From contig CM082594.2 of assembly GCA_040954595.2 (NCBI GenBank), forward strand, positions 7,088,840 through 7,152,839: a stretch of 64,000 bases of DNA, in the 5' to 3' direction. Below are positions 46,101-60,900 of the stretch, in pieces (the stretch's first letter is position 1; each line of letters opens with the position of its first letter). The DNA comes from Balanoglossus misakiensis. Lineage: Eukaryota > Animalia > Hemichordata. Position numbers and translations under genes: made by a program. Under the pieces are notes generated by a model. It saw nothing but the letters and a program-made list of their open reading frames with translations, was not told the origin of the DNA and did no database searches.

Positions 46101-46899
46101 GAAAGTTTCTGGGTCCTGAGATGCTAACAATTCTTTCAATGATGGAACGTCGTGGACAAAATCAAATGTCCAGACTCCATCAATGGGTTTCTTGTCCTCG
46201 CAGTCAATTTTGGTTTCCTACTAAATTTTTTTTGGACGAAATGCATTCAAGTTTTTGGCCGGAGAGTTGAAGAGTGTGAAATTTTTACACCCCTGTAGGG
46301 TGAATCGACTTGTTGAATTTCACCCCTGTGCACTGAATGGACTTGATGGCAATTCTCTTGTTATTCATGGCTAGGTTTTAAGTAAACACATGTCATGATC
46401 CAGTGCCTAGGGGGAGAGGACCTCATAAAAGGGGGAAATGAGATGAGTGTGCCTGCACTCAAGTCTAGCACTTTTGAACTTTTTTCTTCTTTAGAATTTG
46501 GTGTGTGCGTGTGTCGATCGATCTTCGCTGCTTGGAGAATCAAGGCGACGTTGGAAGCGCCATCCAGGGTGACGAAAAGGGCTGACTGGAGTTCATGCAG
46601 ACAGACACACGCCGGGTATTAACAAGAGATCTGTGTCCATGCAACGGTGAACGAACGGACGTCCCGTAACAGCCCTGCAGCCAACTGCGGATACAATCAC
46701 TCAAATCGTTACCCGGTATATCCCAGATAGCAGACTGCTTGCACTTCCGTAACACTAACAGACACAAGCCAGCACACGCACACGCAGTGTTGCTCCAATC
46801 AGGCAGAAGAGCCAACTGCTTCAAGCTGTGACCGCTTGCCACAGGAACTGCAGGCTTTAGACGTTTGGTCGTTTTTTTTTCCGGCAACCCAAGAGAAAT

Positions 46900-46980
46900 A
46901 TGGACCACCACAAAGAAAGATATGGCTCCATCGTCTGGAATCTATCCCAGATCTGGTTTTTAGGATTGTTCCTTCTACAG
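46900..46980 (+). CDS. Probable first coding exon of an unidentified secreted or membrane protein (MDHHKERYGSIVWNLSQIWFLGLFLLQ|); the gene probably continues past the window
   Basis: AAATATGG start context, then 27 open codons with a charged N-region and a hydrophobic stretch, ending in phase-0 donor CAG|GTTAGT. The upstream strong acceptor tttttcttctttag| at 46494 defines exon 46495-46980. A CATAAAAG TATA-like box lies at 46424. Too short for the ORF track and not recognised by family. Confidence 0.55.
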
Positions 46981-49900
46981 GTTAGTATTATCTCAGTTTT
47001 CTTGTCTTGACTTCTGTCATCAATACTGGTAAATTAATTTTAATAATTTATGTTCCGATCAAGTGTTGTTAAATAATTGTCTCATTTTCACACTTTTGAA
47101 CTTTAATGCTATGTAATATTTTTTTTAAATGATGTTCACCAGAACTCTATGGATAACATGGTTTGTTGGTTGTTGGGTGAAACTAAACCCATAAAATTGC
47201 CTGCCTGGCAAAAGTGTAAAAGCGGAGTAGATGCACATGACATGCAGACTGTAACAGCTTCTTGTATTTTGGAGATGCATGCACAAATTACCATTTCATG
47301 ATGATGGAATGGTGCGCATGCTATAGGATCAATACACACTGTGACACACACACACACACACACATCACATGACACAACCCCACAACTCTGACGGAGCAAG
47401 ACACACATAGCCGCTCATCACTAATGGCAACGGCAATACTTTTTCCCCCGGCCATTACTTAATTTTAAGTACCCAGAAGTTGTAAACTTTTTTGCTGCAG
47501 ACACATGCACATTCCCATTCGCTGTATCCAGTATGGTGACATGTTCCACTCCATTAAGCCTATGTATTGTATTAATCCCCACATCAACTGATATGATGTA
47601 CCAAGGAATGTATCCTGAAGCTTTTCATGGGACTATATTAGCTTACTAGTACCGTAATGGCTTAATGGTGAAAGTTTTAAAAGATATTTTTATGAGTACA
47701 ACAAGTCCCTGGCAAACAGAACAGCTAGGTACTCTCTTTTCAGGGTCATCATTTACATTTCATAGTCTGGTCTGAGGTTATACGACTGTTCAACGGATGG
47801 TCATTTAAGGTCAACTAAGCTTGTACTGGAATGGGTTGAAGCAGTGAAGGATCAATTTGTACATATCACTTTCTACAGTCTGCGATTCTGCTGTAAACTG
47901 GCCGTGACCATCACCACCATCCCTGAATGTAGACACAGAGATATTTATTTATTATTTAACAAGTTTCTCTGATCAAAACAGAAAAGATACAACAAGCAAA
48001 GTCAAGGATAGAGACATAGTCACCATTGTGGAATGTCTTTTCAATAGGCCCTTGGGAAAATCAAATGCATTTGAAATCGGTGTCTTACATGTGTGATATT
48101 CCTTCGAAATGCCTATAAGTAATCACAGCTTCTGTAACTTGAGAAACAGTTATGTTTTCAATAAAAGCCTTCATCAATTTGTAGATTTGAAATGGACTGT
48201 GAGCTTAATTTGAGGTCACATCCCCCCAAAGGACCCGGGTAAATCAATTTCATTATTTGATGCCAGTAACTTTCAGACTCAAGGCATGGAAATCAGATAT
48301 TTGTGTGGAATTTTCAATTACCTCGCATGTTTCTTTTTACCGATGAAAATTAAGATATGAAACTCATTGTTCGCATACTTTTTCCTCGTGCTATGCTGAC
48401 CCTTTATTTTCACTGAACTATTACCGGTAGCTGTCAAAGTGCGGATTGACTTTTTGGTTGAAGTTCTTAGCCTAGCTAGTACCTAGCCGTATTTTGCGGA
48501 TAGATACTAGGCTATCAGTACTTGGCTACTATGGCAAACTCTGCAACATATGAAACTGATTCCATGTGGCATGTACATGTTTATGATATGTGTTTTACAC
48601 TGCATCCAATGGGCATGCCTGGCCTGATAAAAGCAGGAGATAAAACCCCCCAGCTTATATCCATATGAAAGCAATTACATTTAGCAAAATGCATTGTACA
48701 ATACACACACAATCTAGTTCCATCCCTATACCCCTCCCCTCCCTGCACATGTTTGTAGGCAAATGTTTGTACCAATGCATATCCAGTGATTAAAACAGTT
48801 TGAAAACACTAAAAGTGTGTGTAAAGGTAACTTTTCATGCTTTAAATGTTCGGTCTGAGTTCAAATACGGCACTGACCCAACGTAAGTTCAACCACTGAC
48901 CCCATGATTCAATCATAAAAAAACGTGTGTCCTAATCTCAAGTTGATACCCCGGCCGCTAATGGTCTTTTTAAAGGGCCTTATCTGAAAGGACTCTATCC
49001 TTACTTGACTGCTCCACACAACCCATTTCAAGTACTTTTAAATAAACATGGAAACTTTCTGGGTCACTGCTTCAGGGGGTTTATCAATATCACCTTTTTC
49101 ACTCTTGGCTGCCAACTGGAACAAAAGTCAGCCGGGGAACTGCAGAAAATATCTCGCAATATCGGCTAATTTAATTATTGGGCCACACAGAGTAAGTCTG
49201 AACATGTCGTGACTGTCTGAGTGGGGTAAATAAAGTTAGTGCAAGTAAACTCAAATGGAACCATGCACATACAGATCTTAATATTTGGCCTGACAGACAT
49301 GTTCTCTCAAATAGAAACAAAATAGCTTTATCATTATTTCAGTACAGGAAATTAAAATGCTATTCATAACGCTTATTCTCCTGTCTTTGAATCCATTTCC
49401 TTTGCTTTCATCCACACTGATTTGTTTTTTCCCTTCAATTGTTCCTCGCTAAAAGTCACAAATTACAGTTGCCAAATATTTCATGTCTGGCCACTTATTG
49501 TTATGGCAACGGAAGGATCCAGCAGGTGTCTTTCGACCTTAAGGTAAATAACTACCATTATCGGAGCACTTTCTTAATGCATTTCAAGGTTGGGAACTAT
49601 ACTGTAGTCACTTTCCACACATAACTTATTCATGATACCGGAATATGCATGGACAAAGTCCTCCGGAGCTAGCAGGAATTAATTTCGGCTTTTAATGTAA
49701 CCATGGTTATGACAAAAAGACGTAGCACAAACTCAAAACAAATTAAATTTTTAACCTTGGCCATAAAGCATCACGAAGTGTGATGAACCAGAACATAGTG
49801 GTAAATAATGCTTACATGTCAAAAGGTAGCATACTGCCTACTTCTATCAGCAAATTCCTTATCTTTTGTCTTTTTTCTCCCTTCACAATCTATCACCTGA

Positions 49901-52900
49901 GTCAGAGTACCTTAATTGTTTTGTCTCAGTTTACTGAATGTGCTGTAACGTTGAGGCTCCATCATTGTCGTAAATAACAGAATGTGTGTGGTCCCAAATT
50001 GATTCAGAAATCACACTTTCGTTTCAGGGGTGGGGGGCGCAAGTGCTGAGAGGCCTTTCATTGGCCAGGTAATCCCCTAGTTTTTCGGCCAATGTAAACA
50101 GGTGGTGATGTGAGCTCTTGGCAAGTAATGTATTTCCTATGATCATTCTTCGCGGGTTCCATTGGGAATCAGCCAAGGAGAAGAATCACCATCCACCCCT
50201 GTCTGTCCATGTGGAATGACGAAAAAAACCTACAATGGTTAAATGCCCACAAGGCTCGCGAGTTCCCGAAGTATGTTTTGTCTTTGGTTTTGGGATAATT
50301 TGTGTGTGTGTGTTCAACAACCACTTCTTTGTAGCCATGCACTGTCAGCGACCACAGACAGAGTCGTTAAGTTAATTAGGTTATAGTCACCTAGCTACTA
50401 CATGATTGTTGCTAATTAAACATCTCCATTGTTGAGGAATGTTAGAAAATAGGTAGGTGGCCACCCCCCCCCCCCCCTGTCATGCTCGGAGAAACTAATT
50501 CTCAGGCAGAAATGATGTGAAAGTGTTTACAAATGTGATGTATAATAAGCTAGGTCCCTAATTTTTTTCACAAACAAAAAAGTGAATCTAACTAAAGGAT
50601 TTTGGAACATGCTGGATATAAATAAGTCTATATGTATTATTGTACTTGTTCACTGTTCAATTAATTCTGACCTGCTGTTCAGTTTTTGTCTAGTATGTTT
50701 CAACCCCGCCCCCACCCAGACTGTCATATGCCACAGAGATGCAATAAAATGCAGTCTTTGAATCAGTGTTGAAGTATAGATGTGAGTTTTTGTTGTGTTC
50801 AAGCACCAACATGATTTTGGGAAAACCTAGCTACCATACATACTGTATAAATTCAGAAAGTTTGCATCAGTTTGTACGATTTGAATTCTTCCAATACAAA
50901 GGCCACTGATTGATCTTGCAAGAGATTACTGAACCCTTCCTTGTTTTAGTTCTTGGCTTCGCGATCATTAGCACACCCATTGTGTAATTAGCAGAGCTTG
51001 ACACGTTCTTGTCATGTTTGACGAACGACTGCAAAGTTCAACGCTGGGACTTGAAGTGGATGACAGCCAACAGTGAAGACGTCACTGGGGGTTTAATTGT
51101 TATCTTCCTTGTGTGGTCGGCACCTTGATGGAGGAAGTCCTAATCCGAGTAGCAGACTTTTAATAAAAATAATTTTTGAGCAAATGATATGTTATTCAAT
51201 ACAGTGTAGATTCACAAATGATTTTCAGCACTTTTGATAGCCATGCCACACATCGCGGAATTTCTACCCGAGGTTGTGAAATGTACTCCCAAGAATACAA
51301 AACGAAACTGATCTGTCCACCAATCGGAGTCCTTTGTAAAAGTTGTGAAATATTTTCCAAATTATTTTGGCACGTGCGTGCCATTTCGGCGCGTTTGTCC
51401 GACCGGGCAGTAATTCCGACAGGCATGCCAAAAGGTGACATGGAACGAAACCTTGGAATGACTGGAATTCCTGGAACTGCATCTCCCCAGCGTCAGTGGC
51501 TGTCATGGAATCCCTGGGATGGACACAAAACCCCGTAAAACATTCATCAAAATCTATAAACCAGGAAAATGGAAATCTCTGTAGGGATTTCACTGTTAAG
51601 TCTCATCTGGATTCCCCTGTGATTCGTGACCACCTACAAACAAAAATCACCACGGCAACAGATATGGGGTCAGCATAGCTCGAATACCTGGCATCTCGAA
51701 ATCTGTATAGACCAATCCTCTTTGGAATTGGGAAATGTCACGGTTGCTATACCAGTGCAATAAGATTGCTCTTTAATCGCATACCGAGCTTTAAAATCCG
51801 TCATTATTTTCAGTGCTATTGTCAGGAGTAATCCGTGTGTTAGTGTACGAGCATGGAATTGAAGGAACTTTGACATCGTCTTTTCACATGCACTATTAGT
51901 ATAAAAGAGTGTTTTTTTTTATGAGGAGATGGTTAGGAGTATGGTGCCAGATAAGTTGTTTGAAAACATTGTTAAAATTATTGGATAAGAATAATTAAAT
52001 GGTGACCCTCTTTTAATCAATTTCTTCATGAAAACCTTGATATTTTGGAAAAAATCCCCTCACACACAGTTATAGCTGGAAAAACCTTCAGAAGCTATTA
52101 TGCACAGTAGCAGTTCATTCTGCAGGTAAGACTCTGAACACAGGTGAACTGTGGAGATTTGAGTCACCAAGCACAATTGAAGTGGTGTAAATAGCCACTC
52201 TGAAATTAATACACCACAACAGGTGAAGGCTGAAATGCAATTGTTTGGGGTCTCAATCCCTCGGTTCACAGTAGGTAAACATTTCCGGCTCTCTGCTGAA
52301 TCAAAGGGGACATTAGCTGTAACTGTGACTTGTTGTCAGTGTTTTTGTTTGGTAGATCAACTTCTTTTTCTTGTTCTGGCCACTACAGTGTGCTACAATT
52401 CCCAGCATTCTGCTAGTCAGCCAACCTGTATAAAGGTATAAACAACCTTTGTTATTGTTGGCAAATGTCGAGTCTCCATGCATCTACCTGAATTCAGTTT
52501 TCTACAATAACAGTGTTGTATACAAGCACGTGGATTGTGTTGAAAAGCTAAACAAGATGTATTTCAGAGTGACTGTGGTCCAATCAACATCCTTTCATGT
52601 GACTTACAGTTGTCTTGTCTGACAGAAGCACGGTGACATATTGTTTCGTCAACTGTAAAGTTACATTCACAGAGAGAGAAGTACATTGAGCGAATGATAA
52701 AGAGAGTCATATTTCAAGTTTTGACATTCCAATTATAGGCTTCACAGGGCAGCTAAAAAGAAGGTGCACTCTGCATCCAATTTACCCTCTGGGTCACAGT
52801 CTGTGGTGGCTATGTTCTACTCTTAAAGGGGAAGGACAAAATCTTTCTTACACTACAGTTACTGAAAATATTTCACTGGGAACACTTAAAAAGTGAATCA

Positions 52901-53721
52901 TCAAGTTTCTGATATAACTACTTGTACATATTTTTTTATTAAACTGGAGCTGACTTACTGAACATTGTAAGTGTTTTCTTACATGACACTTGTCATGACT
53001 CAGCAACTGTCTTTTAATTTTCTGGTATCCTAACATTGATGACCATTGCTTATGCTTGTTTCACTGGGAAGAAAATAACGCAATAATTCCATATGCTTGT
53101 GTTTTCTGTTAGCCTGAGGAGTACGTGCTTTATTGTGTACTCTGCCACCAAGGAGAAAATTCTCAGCATAGAGAAGCGGGGAGTTCTGTTTTCTTTTAAT
53201 TAGACAAGTTTTTCTAATGGGTCCCTTTCAGTAGTGCACAGGGGAAACGTGAAACCACTTTGCCTTTGGTGTGAAGGCCTTATTGAAACTGGCCAGTGCT
53301 GTTGTTTATTTTGACACAATTGCTTAATTTCTTGTCAGGTTGGTTTTTGTAATTGCCAAGTCAAATGCGATGTTTGTTGAAGTAAAGGCTGTCCACGCCA
53401 GTTTAAGTGGTGGGCAAACAGACTTAATGAGGCTTTCCTTTGTCCTAAAGTGGCTTTCTCGCTAATTTGCAAAGAAAACCATGAAGGGATGGAGCCTCAA
53501 AACATTATCACCAAATTTACTTTGCGAGTGAAACCTTAGAAAAGCGTCCCATGTCCTGGTATGTGAGATAGTCAGATACTTCAAAGGGTTTTAACCTTTC
53601 TCTCAATTGAACTTTATGCATGGTGGTTTCGTGTGGAATCTAGAAAGTTTTTGAGTGCCTCGGCCAATAGCAAAAATTCTGCCTGTATTTGATGTGATGT
53701 ACCGGTAGTTGTCATGGTATA

Positions 53722-53762
53722 TTGTTGTTGTTGTTGTTGTTGTTGTGGTGGTGGTGGTGGTT
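53722..53762. repeat. Compound (TTG)n(GTG)n microsatellite
   Basis: Directly visible. Confidence 0.9.
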
Positions 53763-56131
53763 GTACACAACAATCAATTTGTTTGTCAAACCAATCATGA
53801 ACATTACACAATTCTTCTTTTATCACTACATGTTTCCCAATCTCATAGACAGTGATGACAATTTATTTTTGCAACAGATTGGACAGTTGAGGGCCATTGA
53901 AACCGCACAGCAACAGTGAACTCCATTGTATCATCTTGAAAATGTCCTTCTTTATTCTGAGAAAGAAAAGACCAGTCTGTAAACAATGGGGCAAAATAAA
54001 ACTAGGGAAACAGTCAACTGTGTGGTGTATTCTCAAAAGACTTTTATTTCCAGAAAACGTGATCTTGAGTGACGGCGGAAAGCGGACCATTGTTCCATGG
54101 TGCCAAGAAGTTCTTATCTATATACCTTGTGAAAATATCTCCAAGAATTGTCTCCGGAAGACAATGTGCTTGCAGACATACTAAGCCATCTTGGATAATA
54201 AACCCCCAAGCTATGTTTGGCAGGAAGTTTCAGTTTTCCAGGGTATCTTTTTTTAGATTCAGAGTGATAAAAAAAACTCCTAGAGGGCTGTTGCCATGTT
54301 CCAACAGTCTCTTCCCCCGTCTCTTTGAATTTGTGAAATTATTCGCTCATCCGTGAAGATTATGGGTGCGAAATGGGAGGTCTGTGAAACGTGAATGTGT
54401 GTGTGTGGGGGGGGGGGAGGGGAGGGGTTGGAGGGATCGTCCTCTGGTGTGCCCTGTTCACTGATCGTCACTGGAGGGTGCTGTGCTTATCCATGGGTGA
54501 ATGTCTTCTATATTGCCACCAATGGCAAAACGTTTTGTTTCAAGGTTGGCAGTCTCCTCTTGTCCAATAGCATGGCTCCTTTATAATAGGTCGGCTAGTC
54601 GGTTTCCCTAAGAAACATACATGAGTACGTCTAATTGGCAGAATCTTAACCAGGAAGATTGTATGCATTGTGAACACGTAACCCTGTGTGCCAAGGCATA
54701 ACAACAAATGCGGTCCAAGCAGTCAGTGCCAGGTATTCCTAAAGAACTCCAACCTTGGCAACTTCAACCCTAAATTGCCTGCTTTTATCCAAGAAATGTG
54801 TCTGCTGACCTCCTGTTTTGTTTTCTTTCCAATTGAACGGTTTTAAGTTATGTGTACATGATGTAGCAAAGTGTAAGCAGAAGGTAAAAAATGTGTATTT
54901 TGGGATGGACATGGATACTCCCAATGCTGTGATCATTAGTGGTGTTTCTGTTGTCTTGGATAATGGAGGCCAAGTTCATATGGATCCGTTTTAGTAAAAC
55001 ACTGTAATTTGGTCTCCAGGGATCACTTACATTTGGTTTCCAAGAGTGATTTAACACCGCTAAGTGTGTTGACACAGGTGCCATAGGGGATTCCTGACAT
55101 GCACTCTCGAGGACAAAATCGAAAGGAATGTGGTAAAAAGCGTATGATTTTTTTCAGGATTTGCTTCCCACAATCAATTTTTATTGACCATAACCTCCAT
55201 CAAAATATCGGCTAACGTGAACTGACCGCCACCCCACCCCAAGCAAAGCCATGTATGGGGAGTATAGCTAGATTTTCAATAACATAACTTTGAAACTGAA
55301 AGATGTGACACACACTCAACAATAGAATCGTCAGTCAAATTATTGATGACAGCAGTATAAAAGTTGTAGTATAAACTATATCAGGAATTTTGGAAGGTTC
55401 ACCGTACCATCACTCACCATTCACACCCTCATCTCTGTTGAAGATTTTATGGCATACAAATGTATGTGAGGCTCAGCACCTGTTATTGCCACAGTGGGGT
55501 AGCCAGACAACACTGGTTAAAATCACAGACATTCCTCTCTACTGTCTACGGTTAAATTTATTGTTACCATCTTCTGCCAACAGTCTACCAGCAGGGAGAC
55601 AAATTCCAAACCACTGTCAATGCTCGGGCTCCATCAAGACACCTGATGTTGTTTGTCACTGAAGGACAGGTGTCTGTCAAAAAAGCCAACATATAACACT
55701 CATTCAGTGGCTGGTACCTTCATTACAGTGCTTCTGTCTGTAACTCTTCACTGTTTTGTTGGTGTTTTTGTTCTGTGCATCAACCATGATTTCTTGTTCA
55801 TCTTAACTAAAGCTTGGTTAATTGCCTAGTATCTTTGCTATATTTATCACTTGTGCGTAATCTGGTTGTGAATGTTTTATATCTAATACTTGTAGTGGTC
55901 AACTTCTATATCAGCTCTCTCCATTTTTGGCCAAGACAGACATTTTTAGAAATTATTATTTTGGGACTGGAAACGTGTTCAGTTCAGACAGGTTTCACTC
56001 TAGAAACATTACTTTGCTTGTGTAATTTACATGGTACACCAAGAGTGATATTCAAAGTATACCAAAAAACTGTGTGAGTAGATAGCCACATGTAGTTCTG
56101 TATCTATCAAGCCTGTCTTTTTTCTCGGCTG

Positions 56132-56250
56132 TGCCAAACAGACAGCCTGGCATTGAACATAGAGCTCGCTGGTTTAATGGTCTGATGCCCTGCTAAGAGG
56201 ATGATGTAACTGGCGTCCCCTTGAAGTCAATCACCGAATCTGATCCTGTG
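56132..56250 (+). repeat. Diverged ~120-bp direct repeat, copy 1 (partner at 57791-57914)
   Basis: Collinear shared blocks aaacagacagcct, cattgaac, taatgg.ctgat.ccc, gatgtaac, tgaagtcaat.ac.gaa.ctg.tcct.tg. Confidence 0.75.
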
Positions 56251-56630
56251 ATGATCGATGCAAGATTGCAGTCAAGTCAGGGTTAATTATGTTCAAAATA
56301 CAAACTTTGCAGACAGGGGAAATGGTGCTGGAAATTTGAGGGGAAAAGGTTAAAACATGGCTGTAAAGTTTTACTGTGTAGCAGTCAGTGTATACGTTCT
56401 GTAAGTGTGTGTGCCTTGATGGCAGGTGAAAGGTTTAATGGTCTTCTGGGGGATGTTCAGTTTTATTGCATTGCCATGGTGCAGTTTTGTAGCCCCGCGA
56501 CTCCCCTTGACGATTTTTGTTTTGGACGGGGATCGCCGGTTAATGGTAACTTGTTTTATATAAAAGATAGGAAATGAGTTTTGATTGTGGGTTTGGACAA
56601 ATCCCAAATAGTGCAGTATGTCTTGCAAGT

Positions 56631-56645
56631 AGCGCCCTCTTGTGG
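56631..56645 (-). promoter_or_regulatory. Candidate CTCF site (CCACAAGAGGGCGCT)
   Basis: Strong match to the CTCF core consensus; motif match only. Confidence 0.45.
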
Positions 56646-57790
56646 AGGACAAAAGAGAGTCATTTGTAAACTCTCCTCCCAAGAAAGGATAATTCTCTTC
56701 TTCTATATTGATGAAATAAATCAGTGGGGATTATATACCGATGTAGGCCCTAGTCAGATTTTTCTAAATGTGAACATGCAATGTTATTCACTGTGGCATG
56801 TACACAGTGGTTTCACGTATATATACAACCTTAACATGATTTGTAATCTGTGGTTTGTGAAGCATGATCTTCATGTATCCAAATTTGAGATATACACCCA
56901 TCCACAAGAACGAAGACAAACTCAGTGTTATTTACGACTGAAAAGTTTATATATCATGGGTTGGAAATTTACGTAGTGAATAATTCTTTACAGAGCGCTG
57001 TGGTTGGAATGTATACTCAATGACCGCTTCAGACCTTGGTGTAGCCTGGTCAGTATATTTCAAGTTCACTGGTGTCATCAATTGACTTCTGCTTTCATCA
57101 AAAGAGTTCGATCACTAACAGTAGCTGGTAGAGTTGACTTTTCAGAACCCTCTGAGTCAGTAGCTCAACTGTTTGTGTAACTAAAACTGTTCCTTCGACC
57201 ACAACTTAGGGACAAAGTTCCTTGCTCTTTACGAGTGTATGTTAGCTGTCCCAGGAAACACCATGTGATAGCCATTTAGAGGCAATACTTTAAGCCTGCC
57301 TGGGCTGTTATCAGTGTATGTGTATAACAGGGCAGTGGCCGGGCCACACTCGGAGCTTGATAAATCAAACCTCAAGCACCCCTGGCTGGCACGTGCATGC
57401 ACTTCAGTGGATTGATAAGTTTTATTCCAAGATGGTGTTTAGATACATAGTTGATCCTCTAGCCTGTAGCACTGTATAGACTCAGACATGTTGACCAGAA
57501 AACAGGGAGAAATAGCGACTGATTAGGCTTGTCAGCCAGATAAACCATGAAAGGGAAATGTCTTTACCGATTGTGTTTATGGGGATGATTTTTTTTCTTA
57601 ATGAGGCTGTGATTTGCGATTGCTTGATTTTTATGGTTCAATGACAATTACTGTCTGCTGCCGTTCTGCAGTTTCTACGTGTGAGGTGATCCAAAATGAT
57701 GATTAGAGGAGAAATTTTAAAGCTTAGGCTTAATTCTTCCAGTCAGGGGAGAAAGTGTAGCCTGAAGTACGTCTGCTTTTTGCTTGGATC

Positions 57791-57914
57791 TGCTAAACAG
57801 ACAGCCTAGCCATGTGCATTGAACTCTGGCGAGCTAATGGCCTGATACCCCTGATGAAAAGATGATCAGATGTAACCAGCATCTCCTGAAGTCAATAACA
57901 GAAGCTGGTCCTCT
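57791..57914 (+). repeat. Diverged ~120-bp direct repeat, copy 2
   Basis: Collinear with 56132-56250, with small indels. Confidence 0.75.
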
Positions 57915-60900
57915 GGATCTGCTGATTGAATGGATAATTATTTTACACATGTATTATGATTTAATTCTGCAACAATCAACCATGACTATGCATCAGTTTA
58001 TCAAGCTAGATCTGTCTCAACTGTAACTTCCACAGTACTGAATGCTGACCAAGTCCCCCCCCCCCCCCCCCCCCAAGTATTCAACTTTTGGAATTCTCAG
58101 GTTTACAAATTGGCTGATAAAAGTCTGAGGTCAAGAGGAATTTTGAGGTCAAGAGCAATTTTTCGAGGGTGTTTTTGCCGATGGCACTCAGAGCAGACAG
58201 AACGACTGGCTGCAAAGAGAGCCGTCATAAAGAGGAAGATTGGGTGGAAGTTTGGCAAGAGTGTGAAATTCTTCACTGCTTTGAAGTTTTTCAAGGGCAC
58301 TGTGGCCTTTGTATTAAGCCAAGTACATGACTGTACTAAACTCTGCTGGTTGAAAAATATTCTATAGCATATTAAGAAAACTTTTCATGCATGTTAATCC
58401 CCATGATTTCCTTTAATTCCAAAAAATAATCCCAAACTTAAAAAAAAATGAAATGATCATTTCTTAAGGATCACTTAACCCCACAGGACAAATTCAACAT
58501 ACAAGAGTAGCTGATCACAACTATGTCTGGTAAAATACATTGTACAACTTTTTCTGTCATCAAGAATGCTGAAAACATTCAACATCCCAAGACAACATTC
58601 CGCATTCTCAGTACAAACGGGGACGTTGACTGTAAATTTAAGTTCATCGCCGCACCGTCACCAGTCTGCATAGTCGCGGTGTCTTCAGTTGCTCCTCAAG
58701 TGGATACCACATTGATCAGTGCAATCTAAACAGTTTGGGGCTGGCCAGGCCAAGCTTGTTATTTCACTGGTGCTTAATAAATTCTGTGTTTACTGCTATA
58801 CTACACTGTAAACCGTTTTCTCAAGTAGGCTCTCAGAGATTTTAGTAGATTCAAGTTCGATCGCAGAGTTTCTGCCGAAATCAGACCATGGGGAATCCAG
58901 TTATTGGTATCTCTGACCAATCGTAGAATATATAATATTGCATTCATAAAAATACTGATAATTTGTTTAGCCTTGCAGACACCTGATTTGCCGTGTGTAC
59001 CTTTTTGCGTTTATTCATTGATGACACTCAGATGATTGTCAGTGATCAAGGCATTATTGATGACTGTATCCCAAGGTTTCACTCCATACATTTTGTATGG
59101 ACTGCAACATTAGAAAGTGATGAGGTTGCGGGGCCTGCACCCATGGTGCTTCTCAAAGTGTAAGGCTGTACAACAGACAAGCTTGGCTGTGATGTCGAGT
59201 TCCACAATAAAGCTGGGATGGCCAAAGCAGTGTTTTCTATTCTGTTTATCGATCCTCAACAGAGAACCTGCCGCAGTCATGATTTAAACTTTGACTACCA
59301 CATCAATTCTCTCCTAGCTTGTCCGAGACCAAACCGACCAGATAATATTTATGTTCCAAGAACAGAAATAGGGTGCTAACTGCGTCACAAATGTAAGAAA
59401 CTCCCAACAGCCCGGAATTTTGTATACAGAGTCGGGTCTAAAATGCTGGAGTACAAGGTCAAGTTGATCAACCAGTGTACAGAGTCAATTTAGCACAGGA
59501 ATTATAGGCTGTCAGGATTGAACTTTGCCACTGTGGTTAAATAATCTGTAGTTTTCTAAAGATTCTTCATACATGTAAACCATCTTGTTTTTGTCATAAA
59601 TTAAGAGGTGCATGAATTTACCAAAACAACTCAACTTTGGACTTCATTTTGAAAAATTTACGATAAGAAAGTTCAGGTGCCAGCAATCATGTCAAATGAA
59701 GTATTCTTTTTGCGTTCTTTGGCATCATGATTGCAAAATTGTTTGTTGCTTGCGACTGTTTTGTTTCCCTTGTTGTGGCCAATAATTACCAAAAGTCTCT
59801 ACTTGAAGCAAAAAGAATGACATGTTTTTGGTGAAATACGTGTTTGTAGCCGGTTTAACGAGCGTGTATCAGCGCTGTTAGATTTTACTGTAGGTTGGAG
59901 GTCAGGAGGATTTTTTATCTGCGGAAGGGGAGAAGGCCGTATATCACGGCATTAGGAGTAAAAGACCCGATACAGAGAGAGAGCGGGAGTAACTGTTAGC
60001 TGCACCATTAGATAGCAGTGGTGATACCATTGCCCTGAGCAAGAACAGGAGAGTGGTGTGGTATCAAGGCTGGGCAGTCGAGCCCAGATTGGAAGTTTCT
60101 TTGAGATCCGTTCTGTCTTCATTAGAACTGTCAGGCATGAGTTCTCCAAGCTCTCAATTACAGCTGCGGCTTCATTTGTTGAAATTATCAGCAGTTTGTG
60201 CTCGTGGATTTCCAGTCTGTCAATAACACAAGGCATAGAGATATGATACTTGCATCTAAACAAGTCCTGCGTAATTGGAAATATTAAGTGATGCTTGGCC
60301 AATTTATGACCATCATTGTTGCAATTGTATCTGGTTTTGTTTGGAAACAAGTTTTATTGCGAATACACACACATTTCCGTTCATCTGTGCAAAACTACTT
60401 CATAATTGTTCAATGTTCTAGGAATTTTCAACATACATCATATATGCACAATCATGACTCAGTCTTTTGAGTAACTTCAATCTTACATGGCTACTTGCAC
60501 GTGTACCTCAATCCTGACTGAACCAGCCAATGGATAAACACTACATCAACTACCGGTACTTTCCAAGTTTATCCAGTGGCAGAGCTGTCAGTCATTATGC
60601 AAATGAGCTGATGGAGGCCCACCAATCAGGCTGTTAATACGCAGTTACATAATCGTCAAGTATGTGCAAGTAGGCTCAGTATCATGTTGGTGTAAATCAT
60701 ATCATGGACTTCCCAGCCATAAGTGCAAATACACTCAGACTCTCAGCCATTAATCATACATCAGATCATGAACTGTCAATCATATATCAAGCATGATGAA
60801 CCATTGGACGCCCCATGTGCACACTGATAATGGTGATTAATCTGATTCTAAAATATTTTTTATACTTTAGCAAACATGGTCTAGGGATGCCTCCATGTGT

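Noticed and set aside
59990-60230. Open + frame of ~75 codons as candidate exon 2 of the 46900 gene
   Set aside because: Weak acceptor, phase does not fit a phase-0 junction, ends in a stop, and no domain similarity.
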